A DNA stretch of 64,000 nt from Leidyana gryllorum EB-2025a (lineage: Eukaryota; Protista; Apicomplexa): the NCBI GenBank assembly GCA_048772705.1, contig JBLWGC010000123.1:17039-81038 (forward strand), given 5' to 3'. The first letter of the stretch is position 1; every line of letters begins with the position of its first letter. The position numbers were made by a program, and so were the translations under genes. This document shows positions 47,077-58,587 of the stretch, piece after piece. Under the pieces are notes generated by a model. The model did not search any database. It worked only from the letters and a program-made list of their open reading frames with translations, and was not told the DNA's origin.

Positions 47077-50000
47077 CTAAGAGAATAGCCTTTGTCTCTT
47101 GTTAGGGAGATATACTACTTGCGTCAAAGGTCTATGCCTGCGTCGGGTCCTTGTGCCCCTTGCGGCTCTCTCGGCATGCCACTTTTCTTCATACTCCCGC
47201 AGCAGCTCGGGGTATGCGTGAAGTCTTTCACGGGGTACCCACGTCAAGTCCTTCCAGGTCCGGCCTTGCCACTTGACTTGGTAGTGCTCATCCCGTTGAC
47301 GAAACTTGACGATCTTCTGAGGTACAGAAGACTCGGCCTCAGCTCTTGCCGGTGGTCTTAAGGTAGCCTCAGGTACTACCGGTGGTCTTGACGGAACCAG
47401 CGGTGCGTCATCGTCTTCGTCTAATGACACGGCACGCGGCGGCGACCGTATTCTTGGCGCTGTCGCTTCGGCTGGAGGCATTTCCTCTATAGTGGTTGGT
47501 AGTAGAACCTCGGGCGTCTCAGCCGGGAAGGGAGTGCCTTGGCTCATCTCTCCTTCTGGCTGCCTAGTCGCGGACGTAGAGGTAACGGGACCCACAGGAA
47601 CGCAAATACTGATTCCGGAGCCTTCGCTACTTACACTCTCACGACGTCTCTGGGTCGTTGCCTCGGTACTTGCAGGAATCTTACAAGTCCGGTCTTCCTT
47701 AGGCTGGATCCATGTGTCCACACCAACAGGTAAGACTCGATTCACGTTTACGCGATCGAAAGCCGACTGAGACCCTTCAACTCTACACCAGGATCCGTCT
47801 TTAGACGTTTCCACCACTTTCTTTGGTGCACTCCACTTAGGCGATAGCTTCCGTGACGGGAAGTCGGTAAGCTCATAGTCACTTAACCGAACTAGCACCC
47901 ATTGCCCCACATTCACGTTCTTCTCACGAGCCGACTTGTCGTACTGAGACTTCATTTTCTCATAGTACTTTTCCAGACTTTGTCGTGCTCGGTGAGTGGC
48001 ATCATCAATAATCTGGCGTAGTTCCTTGGCATACTGCTCTCCCGTGGTATGAGGTCGGGTATTTCTCTCCCCCCCTCCGGGTAAGTGCGGTTGCCGTCCT
48101 CGGTTCAGTACAAAGGGTGACATTCCGAGTGCTCGATGATCGGTAATGTTATACCCGAACTGAATACCGGGGAGATAGGAATCCCAGTTATTTGCCGTAA
48201 AACCGGTTAACGTGGCCAACGACTTATTGAGCGTGCGCATAAACCGTTCTGCATAACCGTCGCCTTGCGGGTAATACGCGGTTGAGAAGATCTTTTTAAT
48301 GCCAAAGTGTGAGCATAAGTGATCTACCAACTTGGCGCGGAAACTGGGTCCATTGTCCGATAATAGTCTTCTTGGACACCCATGATTGCAGATAATATGC
48401 TTGTTAAAAGCGTTAATGACGGTTATGGCCTCTTGATTGCGCGTCGGCACTAACTCAACCCACTTAGTGAATTGGTCAACGAATACCAGGACATACTTGT
48501 ACCCATTTGACTCAGGGTAAGGTCCGCAGAAATCCATGGCGACAGTCCCCCACGGTTCTGTTGGTACTTCTGACTTCATAGGGCCGTGTGGTTGTTGAGG
48601 TTTCCGTCTTTGGCATAGTACGCACTTTTCTAAGATTTGCCTTATCTTAGGTATCGTTAGGCTCGATACATATATTTGTGCGACCATGTGGCGTATTCGG
48701 TTAGGTCCGAAATGAGCGCCAACCGGGCTTTCGTGTATAGTGCGTACAACACGTTCCCATAGTTTCTCGGGAAGCCACGGTCTCCAACGGAAGCCATCAT
48801 CGACTCCTATCAGTCCGTCAACCATGTACACTCCTTTACTTTTTGTAAAGTTGTTGGATATTCCCTCGTCTTGTTGTTCATGGTACAGTTCCGCTTCAGA
48901 GGGTAATTCCAACTTAGTGGGGAGTATGGCGTAAATCATGTGATCCTCCATGCACTCAGAGTCAGCGAATGTGCGAGTGAAGGCATCAACATTAGAGTGA
49001 GATTTACCCGATCGGTGGCGTATTTCGAACGGAGTAAACTCTGCCAGCGCAAGTGCCCATCGTTGTAGACGGCCGGTTCGTGCCTTAAACAACCACTGTA
49101 GACTTTCGTGGTCCGACCGAACGTAAAACTTGGAACCGAGGATGTATGTGCGGAACTTCTGTAGCGCTTCTTTTATAGCCAATGCCTCTTTTTCCCTTAT
49201 ATGCCATCTTGACTCGGCAGGTGAGAACTTGCGGGACTCAAAGACAATGGGTCGGTCGCCTCTACCGTCACCAAAGTCTTGACTGAGTACTGCTGCCATG
49301 CCAATTTCAGACGCATCACAGTCCACAATAAATTCTCGGGAAAAGTCAGGGTATGCTAGGACCACATCTCCACTGACCAAGGCTTTCTTAAGCGTATTGA
49401 AGGCGTTCTCGCACTCCGGGGTCCAATTAAACGCGCCCTTTTTCAGTAGGTCCGTAAGCGGGGCACTTATTTCGGCATGGCCTTTTATGAACCTTCTGTA
49501 ATACCCTGAAAGCCCAAGGAATGCTCTGACTTCCTTTGAGTCTTTCGGTCGAGGGAACTTGTTGACTTTTTCTAACTTCTTTGGGTCTGTACGCACTCCA
49601 TCCGCAGTTACTATATGTCCGAGAAATTCAATTTCGGACTTCAAGAACTCGCACTTCGCCGGTTTTAACAATAACCCAGCTCCGTGACAAGTCTCGAATA
49701 CTTCCCTCAAGTGTCGTACATGATCCTCAAAGGTCTTAGAGTAAATTAGTATATCGTCTAAGTAGCAGACGACAAAGTCAAACAACATAGGACCCAAGAC
49801 TTTTTGCATCATCCGCTGGTACGTAGCGGGGGCATTACAGAGGCCAAAGGGCATGACCAACCACTCGAATTGTCCTTCCGCGCAGATAAAGGATGTCTTG
49901 TGTATATCCTGTTCTGCCATCGGGATTTGCCAGTAACCAGCGGCAGCATCCAGGGATGAGAAGTACTTTGCTCCTCTAAAGACCGAGAGTAAGTCGTCAA

Positions 50001-50772
50001 TTCTAGGTAAGGGGTGGCGATCCTTCCTAGTGACGTCGTTTAATTTACGATAGTCAATACAAAAGCGTATTGATCCATCTTTCTTTGGCACTAATGTCAC
50101 CGGGCTGGCCCACGCCGATGAACATGGCCGTATTGCTCCTTGTTTGAGCATGCTCTCGACTTGTGTCTTTATGACTTCCCTTTCCGCTGGGCTGGTGCGT
50201 CGCAGTGGTATTCGTACAGGTGCTGCGAGTCCTGTATCGATTTCGTGCTCCCAACCGACGGCCCGACCAAAGGGTCGTTCATCCGTAATAAAGTAATCCG
50301 GTTTGCATAGGGCTTCAATTATAGCCTTTTGCTTTGCCGGTAAGTTCGGTGGGAACCGGATGGTGACACTTAACCCAGGTTCAACTTGGTCAACCATCAA
50401 TACCTCATATTTTCCTTGAAGTCGTACGAGTCCCCTTTTGACGTCGGGTACTACATCGTACTTCTTCAGGAAATCGCAACCCAGAATCACATCGGCACCA
50501 GTATTTGCCAAGATGTGGAATTCTGCTTTTCCTTCAAGTCCGCCTATCTTGAAAGGAACTTCTACCAGCTGGGTAACCTGGCAGGTACGGTCTTTCACTG
50601 CCAAACCGACAGTAAAGGGTTTACAGGCGCGCCTCTTTAGTTTCAATCGGTTTGCCAGAGCCTCATTAATGTATGAGTCTGATGCCCCCGAATCCACTAA
50701 CGCCTTTACCACTTCACTCTGAGTCGGATGACTTAGTGAAAATGCAACCGTTGCGACTCCTGAGCCGGCCAC
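47077..50772 (-). CDS. pol: Pol polyprotein PR-RT-RNaseH-IN-chromodomain
   Basis: LVDSGA protease, YLDD RT, DCDAS RNase H, HHCC and DDE integrase, C-terminal YQVKWQG...LTWVP chromodomain; frame open upstream to ~50840. Confidence 0.95.
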   Translation of the reverse strand: MAGSGVATVAFSLSHPTQSEVVKALVDSGASDSYINEALANRLKLKRRACKPFTVGLAVKDRTCQVTQLVEVPFKIGGLEGKAEFHILANTGADVILGCDFLKKYDVVPDVKRGLVRLQGKYEVLMVDQVEPGLSVTIRFPPNLPAKQKAIIEALCKPDYFITDERPFGRAVGWEHEIDTGLAAPVRIPLRRTSPAEREVIKTQVESMLKQGAIRPCSSAWASPVTLVPKKDGSIRFCIDYRKLNDVTRKDRHPLPRIDDLLSVFRGAKYFSSLDAAAGYWQIPMAEQDIHKTSFICAEGQFEWLVMPFGLCNAPATYQRMMQKVLGPMLFDFVVCYLDDILIYSKTFEDHVRHLREVFETCHGAGLLLKPAKCEFLKSEIEFLGHIVTADGVRTDPKKLEKVNKFPRPKDSKEVRAFLGLSGYYRRFIKGHAEISAPLTDLLKKGAFNWTPECENAFNTLKKALVSGDVVLAYPDFSREFIVDCDASEIGMAAVLSQDFGDGRGDRPIVFESRKFSPAESRWHIREKEALAIKEALQKFRTYILGSKFYVRSDHESLQWLFKARTGRLQRWALALAEFTPFEIRHRSGKSHSNVDAFTRTFADSECMEDHMIYAILPTKLELPSEAELYHEQQDEGISNNFTKSKGVYMVDGLIGVDDGFRWRPWLPEKLWERVVRTIHESPVGAHFGPNRIRHMVAQIYVSSLTIPKIRQILEKCVLCQRRKPQQPHGPMKSEVPTEPWGTVAMDFCGPYPESNGYKYVLVFVDQFTKWVELVPTRNQEAITVINAFNKHIICNHGCPRRLLSDNGPSFRAKLVDHLCSHFGIKKIFSTAYYPQGDGYAERFMRTLNKSLATLTGFTANNWDSYLPGIQFGYNITDHRALGMSPFVLNRGRQPHLPGGGERNTRPHTTGEQYAKELRQIIDDATHRARQSLEKYYEKMKSQYDKSAREKNVNVGQWVLVRLSDYELTDFPSRKLSPKWSAPKKVVETSKDGSWCRVEGSQSAFDRVNVNRVLPVGVDTWIQPKEDRTCKIPASTEATTQRRRESVSSEGSGISICVPVGPVTSTSATRQPEGEMSQGTPFPAETPEVLLPTTIEEMPPAEATAPRIRSPPRAVSLDEDDDAPLVPSRPPVVPEATLRPPARAEAESSVPQKIVKFRQRDEHYQVKWQGRTWKDLTWVPRERLHAYPELLREYEEKWHAERAARGTRTRRRHRPLTQVVYLPNKRQRLFS

Positions 50773-50777
50773 TGCGA

Positions 50778-51700
50778 TTAGCCTTGGCTCTCTGGATTGG
50801 AGTTGGGCCGAAAAGGGGTCCTCTTGCGGTTGCCACCTTTCTTAACTGGCCTTTCCTCAGCTGCCTTTTTGCGGCATACACTTTCAAAGTGATTATTGCC
50901 TTGGCAAAAGTGGCATTGTTTGCCACGTGCTGGGCACTCCTTTCCTTGGCATCGCGTACCACACACCTCGAACACCTCCCAATTGACAAGTTGGTGTCTT
51001 TGCCTTGGACTTCTGGGGGCCACCTTTGTGAACTGGCGAACATTATTCACAGGCCTGGCTTGCTCGAGTACTTGGCATAATACTCGACATAGCCTATCCG
51101 TAGAGTCAGTAGCTTCGTGACCTTGCCCTTTTGCGAGGGTCGGAACACTAGGCCTTACTTCCTCCGTTTGCTCATGGCCTCTCGCCGTATGGTCGGTACC
51201 TCCCATGGTGGGCATGTAAGCAAGTACCCCTTCTTCTGGCGATTTCTCCGGAGCGAAGTCCATCAAGTAAGTAAGTGGATCTTCCTTTTCATTGGCCGAT
51301 CTGTGTTGGCGACTTAGTATAATTCTGATCGGTTCCGGGAAAGCCATCATGAAGGGTTCCACCAATTGTCGTCGAGTCCATGCTGGAACACCCCGTATTT
51401 CCGCAGCTCGGTTGTAAAGCACCATGTAACGATCCAACTGTTCCATGACATCAACACGATTGTCACCTTTGACAGTATGGATTTTTCCCAGGAAGTACCC
51501 CAATGGCTCCACGGGTCCGTGCTCTTCAAGTACCGCTTTACGTAACTCCGCATATGTTGGCTGATCGGAGTACTTAGTCTTTATCGCGACTGGTACTTTT
51601 TCGCATGCCGCGAAGGCTGCTATTTCCAGTCCTTCCGGAACCCCGCTTGCCTTGATTCGAACCCCGCGTTCCTTGATTCGTTGCTCAAAGTCTACTTCGC
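50778..51700 (-). CDS. gag: Gag (N-terminally truncated) with [21 protein letters not shown] knuckle
   Basis: Frame stays open upstream of the track's GTG (51512) to a TAA at ~51701-51703; CCHC knuckle near the C-terminus. Confidence 0.82.
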
Positions 51701-51703
51701 ATT

Positions 51704-51895
51704 AGGAGCATGAAGGTCGCGGGGGCGTTCATCAGGCCATTTGGCATGACCGCCCATTCGTAGAGTCCCCACGGGGTGGTGAACGCGGTAAGCCGGCAGC
51801 TATCAGACTCCATGCGTATCTGGTGATAGCCGCTTTTCAGGTCCAAGGTCGAGAAGATAGAAGCGCCGGCTTATACTTGTAGGGCTTCCTCCAAC
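51704..51895 (-). pseudogene. RT fragment of another gypsy element
   Basis: Translates to [19 protein letters not shown]...[26 protein letters not shown]. Confidence 0.85.
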
Positions 51896-52092
51896 AAGCT
51901 GTGCTACATTTGTGGAAAGGCAGGACATCTAACGCGCCAATGCCCTGACAGACGGCCAGGACCGACGAGGAACAACGAACGGCAACGCAGAGCTTTCCCG
52001 GCACTCGAAGGGATTGAACCCCCTCCGACCCAACAAATCCCTTGTGAAAGCGACAGCGAGGATGTAGGCCACCGGACGAGCAGCGAGCTTAC

Positions 52093-52269
52093 TGTGAACC
52101 TTTTTAATGTACATGAATGCGTCTCGAACACACCGGAGACACCGGCACGCAGACACGCACGAACTTACAAAAATGCCAACGACCAGAAGGGGATCTAAGA
52201 CTGGCATTATCCCTAAGGCCCTAGCCCAGAAGGCCAGGAGGGCCTCGCAACCACCCCCGGAGCCTGACA
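52093..52269 (+). mobile_element. Solo LTR (177 bp) inserted just before the gag-pol junction
   Basis: TGT...ACA termini; CTTAC TSD at 52088-52092 and 52270-52274; removing it restores the gag frame. Confidence 0.88.
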
Positions 52270-55200
52270 CTTACAGAGGATTTTTGATCACACCCCCGAC
52301 CGCTCCCGCACGTCGGGGGGAACCCAGCTGTTTCACCGCGCTCAAGAGCAAACGACACACACTGGGATGGACGGCATCAGTCCGCTGGGAACTGATCAAC
52401 CCATCAAACGGCTCCAGAACTCGAGTCCACGCACTTGTGGACTCAGGAGCAGAACTGAACTTCATGACACCAGAAACGGCGAACCGCCTGGGCAGCCACA
52501 TCTGCCAATCGATAATGGAACAGATCGAAGGCATGGGAAGGGCTAATTGCGAAGGCGAGACCGACGCGATAGTAGTAACTCCATACAACAATTACGGACC
52601 TACCCGATTCGCCGTAGCAAGAAACAGCTTCTACGATGTGATTCTCGGCTTACCTCTGATACACTCAGCGGCCCTGTTACTTGGCACAGACGGACAGGGA
52701 CACATGGTTATAGCAGAACAAGCCACACTTCCCGCCACCACTGCACTCGTATCCAAAGCCAAACACCCAACCGACAGCGCCCAACACCACAAGAAGACGT
52801 AGAGTGGATTTTGTCACATTACTCCGAATACCTGAAGGAGAAACTGCCATACCCGCCAGACGGCGGTTTTTTCAACTTATAAATTCAGCTGAAGCCTGAT
52901 GCCAAGCCTTTCACAGCGCGACCATACGGGGGCTCGACGGACAGCAAAACCGAACTTATACGACAAGTGGAGGAGCTGATTGAGGAAGGGAAAGTGGTAC
53001 CATCACGATCCGAATGGTCAGCCCCATGTTTCTTAGTCGCGCAGAAAGACACCACGGTACCCCGCATGGTGGTGAACTTCAAAGCCCTGAACGATGCAAC
53101 CGTACCTTACGACTTCCCGGCGACCACAACCGAGGAGAACCTCTCACAGCTCAGAGGGGCCCGTGTTTTCTCCAATTTGGACCTCAAAGCAGGTTTTCAT
53201 CAGGTCAGAAACGAGCCGTCATCCCAGCACCTCACCGCCTTCGTCACGCCGTTCCGCAAATTTCATGACACCGTCATGCCGTTCGGCCTCAGGAATGCCC
53301 CTGCATCCTTCATAGCCCTGATGACGCACGTACTTGACGGACTGATTGGGAAATTCGCGGTAGCGTATATAGACGATGTGTTAGTCTACAGCACTGATAG
53401 GAACAGCCACAGAGAACATTTACGCCAGATTTTCAACCGACTACGCCAGCATCAACTCTTTCTCAACCCGCAAAAGTCCAGATTCTTCCTGGATGAGGTA
53501 CATTTCACCGGCATCACATCACTTCCAACGGAATACAACCCGACAGGTCCCGAGTGATCTTCTTCCAAAATCATCCACCACCACGCACAATGCGAGTGCT
53601 GCGGTCACTGATAGGCGCCATGACGTACTTCTCGCGTTTCATACCTATGTTCTCAGCGCTAACCAAACCATTTCACCGAGTACTCAACAAGGCCAAATCA
53701 CCAACGGAGGAGATCAAGTGCACCCCAGAACTGACATCCGAAAGGGCAGTCTTGACACAGCAGGTCACTGAAGAGACGAGCCTCGGTCATATGGACAAAG
53801 ACCTACCTTTGATAATTACCACGGACGCATCCAACGAGGCCGTGGGAGCCACATTGGAGCAGGAGCAACAAGGAAAGAGACTTCCACTCGAGTTCATGAG
53901 CACAAGACTGACACCAACCCAACAGGCGTGGCCCTCAAACGCTGGCGACATTTCCTGCTAGTCCGCCCGTTCAAGGTACTGACTGATCACAAGCCACTCG
54001 CGACACTCGTCAAAGGCAAGAACGTATCCGATCGCGTGCTCAGCGCTCACATCGAGATAACCGAAGGGCTCTGCCGGCATCAAGGATTGGTTTACGATCA
54101 AGACGGACGGATACAGGTCCCCGCCAATACCGCATTGAAACACCAAATAGTACAAGAGGCGCACTCATCAAGCCTGGGCGGACATATGGCATCAGAACGC
54201 ACGCTCAAACGAATCAGCGCTCTCTTCTGGTGGCCCGGACTACCTACCGACGTCCGCGACTACTGCGCCAAATGCGACCTTTGCCAAAGGACAAAACCTT
54301 CCAACAAGAAACCATTGGGACTACTTTGCCCAATTCCACCACCAGACGAACCCTGGAAAGAAGTGAGCATAGACCTTTTTTGCTTACCAGAGGACGAACA
54401 CGCCGGGCACGACTGCATTCTCACCATCGTTGACAGACTAACCAGGATGGTCAGATTAGTGCCATGTCACAGAACGGTATCAGCCAAAGAGACGGCCCAC
54501 CTACTCTTTCAAAATCTCGTACAACTCCACGGCTGCCCAGAATCAATAGTAGCCGACCGAGATTCTCGATGGTTATCAGAAGCTTGGAACGAACTATTGG
54601 AACTACTGGGGACGAAGTTGCGCACCACCTCCGCTTTCCATCCACAGACCAAAGGTATGGCTGAACGAGTACACCGCACCGTGATTCAGATACTGCGAAA
54701 CGTTTGCAACGGTTTGGGCACAGACTGGGCTCACCTTATTGCGTCTGTGGAGATGGCAGTGAACTCAACTTTCAACGAATCCATTGGAGAAGCCGAAACC
54801 GGTAGACCTTTCAGAGGAGGCCTTCATGTAGGCATTGCCACTGCACCCACCAACAATGCACGAGACATTCAATTGTACTCCGAACGAATACAAGAGATCA
54901 TTCATCGAGCGCTGACCGCCCAACAGAAACAGAAACGCCACGCCGACGCCCACACAGAGGACGCACAGTTCGCAGAGGGCCAATGGGTCCTGCTATCCAC
55001 CCACCAGCTTAAGGCACTCAAAAAGGATAAACTAACGCCGGCTAGAAGAGGACCCTTCCGCATCGTCGAGTGCCTACCAGCTAACGTCTATGAACTCGCC
55101 TTACCCAGCACCCTGCGCATTTACCCTCGCTTCCACGTTTCCAGACTGACGCCATACAAAGGGACCCAGATCAGGCGCCGGTGTACATGATGGAGCATGT

Positions 55201-55423
55201 CATTGGCGAGCGGGTCACCTCCAGAGGAAGCAGGTGGCTGGTAAGTTGGCAGGGACACGAGGAGCCCACTTGGGAGCCTGCCGAGACGATACTCGAAGGC
55301 GACGCTACCGATTTGGTCATTCGCTACCGACAAGAATACAACAGCAGACCCACCACTCGAACCCCCTACACCGACGCACAAGTACGAGGCGAAGATCTCA
55401 ACCCCACCCCGGGATGGGTGTAA
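52270..55423 (+). pseudogene. pol: Fragmented pol (PR 52270-52802; RT 52967-53557; RNase H 53554-53961; IN 53928-55190; chromodomain 55181-55423)
   Basis: Consecutive domain fragments separated by a stop and frameshifts. Confidence 0.88.
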
Positions 55424-55808
55424 CGATCACGACCCAGTTAGCCCACCATGTGTACGTTTTCATTGCTTGCAACCGTCTGGACACCAGTCCGGCACCCCAC
55501 GACCCCGTGTCTCCGACCGGCACTAGAGCGGCACAAGGAGACACAGACACGAATAACACACGTAGGACTTACCTGGCTTACCTGATATAGCCCTTAGGGC
55601 AAGGTTACTCAGGCTATACACTACAGGGGTTTTTCGGACACACCTAGTAGGTAGACAGACAGACAAACTAACTAACTACGAACTATAGACAAGACACGGT
55701 TGAGATGGGACGCAGCTTACGCAGTGGTACGCACGTAGGGCGGGCTACGGAACAGCCGGTCTACACCTGACATGGAACTCCGCAATAGAGCTCTAGCAGA
55801 CCCTGACA

Positions 55809-57557
55809 CCACCAGCAGCCCGCCTCCGGGTTATACCGTTCCCCAACATCTCTCCTATCTGTGTTCTCATCTCGTCTAGCCATTTCTGTGGTATTCTATC
55901 AGGTTGCTTCGCCACTGGAGTGCTGTTCGGTTCCTTCAATTCTATTTTGTGATCTATTCCCCGTCTTGAAATTGGTTGATGCAGGGTGTCACGAAATACG
56001 TGGGAGTATCGATGTCTTATCCACTCCGCCTGAGGTGGTAAGACCCACGCTTCTTGTACCGGTGCTGTCCCTTTCTGCAGTTGTATTAGCATTGCCGTTG
56101 CTCGTTTCCCTCCGTTGGCCGGGCTCCAGTTCCATTGATCTAATTTGATCTTTCCATTCAAGGTAAGTTGGTACCCTTGTATTATACATAACCGTCCAGC
56201 TCGAGTTGCACTGCACAGATTGAGGCGTGCTATCTCCCTTGTCCCTATCAGTATGTCGTAGTGTAGCGATGCTACCACGAACGGTCTAGTTTCTATTGTC
56301 GTTGTTCCTGTGTCAAGGATGAGTTTTGATGCCTGTCCTAGTATTTTCTCGGTGCCTCCCATGCCTTTCAACTCTAGTCCCCCTTCCGTCATGGGCAGTT
56401 TCAGTTTCCTTCTTGTTCCGTTTGATATCAGACATATGTTTGATCCCGTATCGACGAGCACGCATGCTCGGCTCCTGGTTCGTTCGTCGTCCGGATTAAG
56501 TATCCACCATTGAGCTGTCAGAACCCCGTGTTCCGGTTCCCTCTGTTTATCCTTCCTTCAATTGCATATGATCTGTTCTGCGTTGCGGCTTCCTTCGCGA
56601 CTGCCTCCACTTTTAGTGCCGCTATGCAGATTTCGTCTAGTGATCGGCCGTTGATGCCTCCAAGCATTCTTCTGTCCTCCGCAGGTAGTCCGTCATAGAA
56701 GATTCTGGTCAGTGTGGATTGCCGTACCCCGCGGTCGATTCCTTGCGTCAGTTGCCGCCTCTTATTCACGTACGTCATCATTGGTCTTTCGGAGGTGTAC
56801 CAGTTCCAACAAGTCATCGTCTTCTCCTCTAAGTGGCCCAAATTCATCGAGGAATGCTTGTTTAAACTTTGTCCAGCTATAGTTCAGGACCTGTGGTTTG
56901 GGTGCAAACCAGCGGCTTGCTGTTCCGGTCAGTAGTGCGCAGGTCGCCCTGATTCGATCTTCGTCGTTCTGAATGTCCCAGGCTAGGAAGTTGGTGTGGC
57001 ATCCGTCCAGCCAGTCCCTGGCGTTTGCGTCCATGCTTCCATCGAATGCTTCCTGCTTCTTCAGGGCCCAGGCCACTTGGCTTCGTCCTTCGTCGGCCTT
57101 GGGTACTTTTGGTTGTCTAAGCTGTGTTATTCTATCCGTTATCGTTCCTTGTTTCTGGATTTGTTGAATGTTGTCCGTGGCCTTCCGCAGGTCCTGTGGT
57201 AGTCTTTCGAGTTGATCTATCACTGTCGAGTGTGGCTCTGTGCTTTCCGTTCTTGCGCTTTCCTGTTCCGTTCCCAGGTGGGCCCCTTGCAATTCTTCGT
57301 CCGTGGGTGGCTGATCGGCGTCTGCGTTGTACGCACTGCTACCAGTGTGATCGGGGGCCTTGGCGTTACTCTCTGGCCGGTAAGTACCTTGCCATTCCTC
57401 AAATCCATTGTTGTTTCTTTATAGTCACGTAAGTAAAAAGGTTCCACACGCGCGGGTCCGTGTCTCCATTGATTGCCGGCCGGCCTCCGGAGACACAGAC
57501 TTACCTTGGTTGACCGGCTTCGGTCGCTTCCGTCAAATGACCAGTTGATCGGTTACA
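55809..57557 (-). mobile_element. 3'-truncated, degenerate Ty3/gypsy element: 5' LTR 57346-57557, iMet PBS, gag, protease
   Basis: TGT...ACA LTR; PBS TGGTAGCAGTGCGT; retrotransposon gag motif (FDG...WL...LTGTASRWF...WTKFKQAF) in 56762-57292; LVDTGS protease in 55793-56461. Confidence 0.87.
57331..57344 (-). promoter_or_regulatory. Primer-binding site complementary to tRNA-iMet
   Basis: 14/14 match to the 3' end (+CCA) of the iMet gene at 16382-16453; 1 nt from the LTR. Confidence 0.88.
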
Positions 57558-57611
57558 TTGTGGCTATCGTCGTAGAGAGGGGGGTACTTGGGTTCAGTGT
57601 AGTGGCGCGGC

Positions 57612-57836
57612 TGTAGACCTTACATTAGCAACACTTGTACCTTTTTTATTGTTCATGCAGCCCGGCACAACTACCGGTGTCTCCGGAAACACACGGAGAC
57701 ACGGGGAGGGACAAACACGCGCACTTACCAGAATAGATCATGACTGTTACTACTAGAAAAGCGACTAGATCTGGGGTTCCCAAGGCACTCACCCAGAAGG
57801 CCAAGAAGGCAACCGGCGTGGCCCAATGCACTTACA
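57612..57836 (+). mobile_element. Probable solo LTR related to 52093-52269
   Basis: TGTA...TACA termini; CGGC on both flanks; shares ACCTTTTT..TGT.CATG and a PKAL.QKA peptide with 52093-52269. Confidence 0.6.
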
Positions 57837-57844
57837 CGGCCGCT

Positions 57845-58462
57845 CTAAGGAGCGACTTCTTCCGTCGATGCGTCTGGAGGGGTCTCCACGGCACCTGGGG
57901 CGGAGGGGACGGTAGGAACCGGTGCGGTAGGAATCGGTGGTCTTCCCTCAGTGGTGGCTAATCGCTGATTAAACTTCCTCTCCCACTCGGTCTGCCTGCG
58001 GGAGACTTGTTGGGAGATTTGGGAGAACTGTACGGAGAGTTGATCGGAGATTTGTTGGGAGATTTGTTGGGAGATTTGTTGGGAGATCTGTTGAGCTAGC
58101 TCTCGAGAGATTAGCTGCATCCCATGCCTCAAGTCTTGAGGGAGATCTTGGAGAAGATCTTGTCCCAGATCTTGGAGAAGATCTTGTACGCTGGGGCCCT
58201 CCGCTGGCTCATCTCTCTCTGGATAGTATTCTTCATACTGTGATCCAGGAGGTAAGTTGTCGCCATGAGTGGTCGGTAGGTCGGGCTGGGGGTGATCGTC
58301 GGCTCCAGCCGACGATTGAGCAACCACCGGTGTGGGACCGTGGATCCCAAGAAGTGCGGCCTGGGCCCGGATGTTCGATGTCAGCCGCGGTACATTTGGG
58401 CGGCGCCCAGCAGGTGCGGGGGACTTCTTGGGAGCGGGGGTCTTTTTTCCTTTCGGGGCCAT
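57845..58462 (-). CDS. Hypothetical protein, probable gag N-terminus of a relic element (basic N-terminus, QDL/QQIS repeats)
   Basis: 205-aa ORF behind an LTR-like segment ending at ~58587; no catalytic motif. Confidence 0.45.
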   Translation of the reverse strand: MAPKGKKTPAPKKSPAPAGRRPNVPRLTSNIRAQAALLGIHGPTPVVAQSSAGADDHPQPDLPTTHGDNLPPGSQYEEYYPERDEPAEGPSVQDLLQDLGQDLLQDLPQDLRHGMQLISRELAQQISQQISQQISQQISDQLSVQFSQISQQVSRRQTEWERKFNQRLATTEGRPPIPTAPVPTVPSAPGAVETPPDASTEEVAP

Positions 58463-58587
58463 ACTTAGCAGTCTCTCAATGCACTCTCACGCACGTACTC
58501 TGTACTTTCCAAAAGATATTTTTACATCGGGAGACGGGGTCTCCCGTCTCCCCTACTACTACTACCCGTGCCCTGGGCTAATCATCA

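Larger units (their letters stand above)
46440..51700 (-). mobile_element. Ty3/gypsy LTR retrotransposon family A (chromodomain-bearing), 5'-truncated
   Basis: 3' LTR 46440-47039, polypurine tract GAGGAGGGGG next to it, intact pol, gag cut at ~51700, no 5' LTR. Confidence 0.92.
51900..55808 (+). mobile_element. Decayed chromovirus-like Ty3/gypsy element (gag end, pol with stop and frameshifts, putative 3' LTR 55419-55808)
   Basis: CYICGKAGHLTRQC knuckle at 51902, LVDSGA, YIDD, TDAS, integrase with GPF motif, chromodomain 55181-55423, GGGATGGG tract before TGTAACG. Confidence 0.88.

Noticed and set aside
51347-51553. Frameshifted gag N-terminus (MRSYVKRY...)
   Set aside because: The true gag frame is open through this region up to ~51700, so this is an alternative-frame artefact
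55567-55585. U1 snRNA 5' end (ACTTACCTGG)
   Set aside because: No U1 stem-loops or Sm site follow; it lies within a putative LTR and is as easily a reverse-strand splice-donor-like motif
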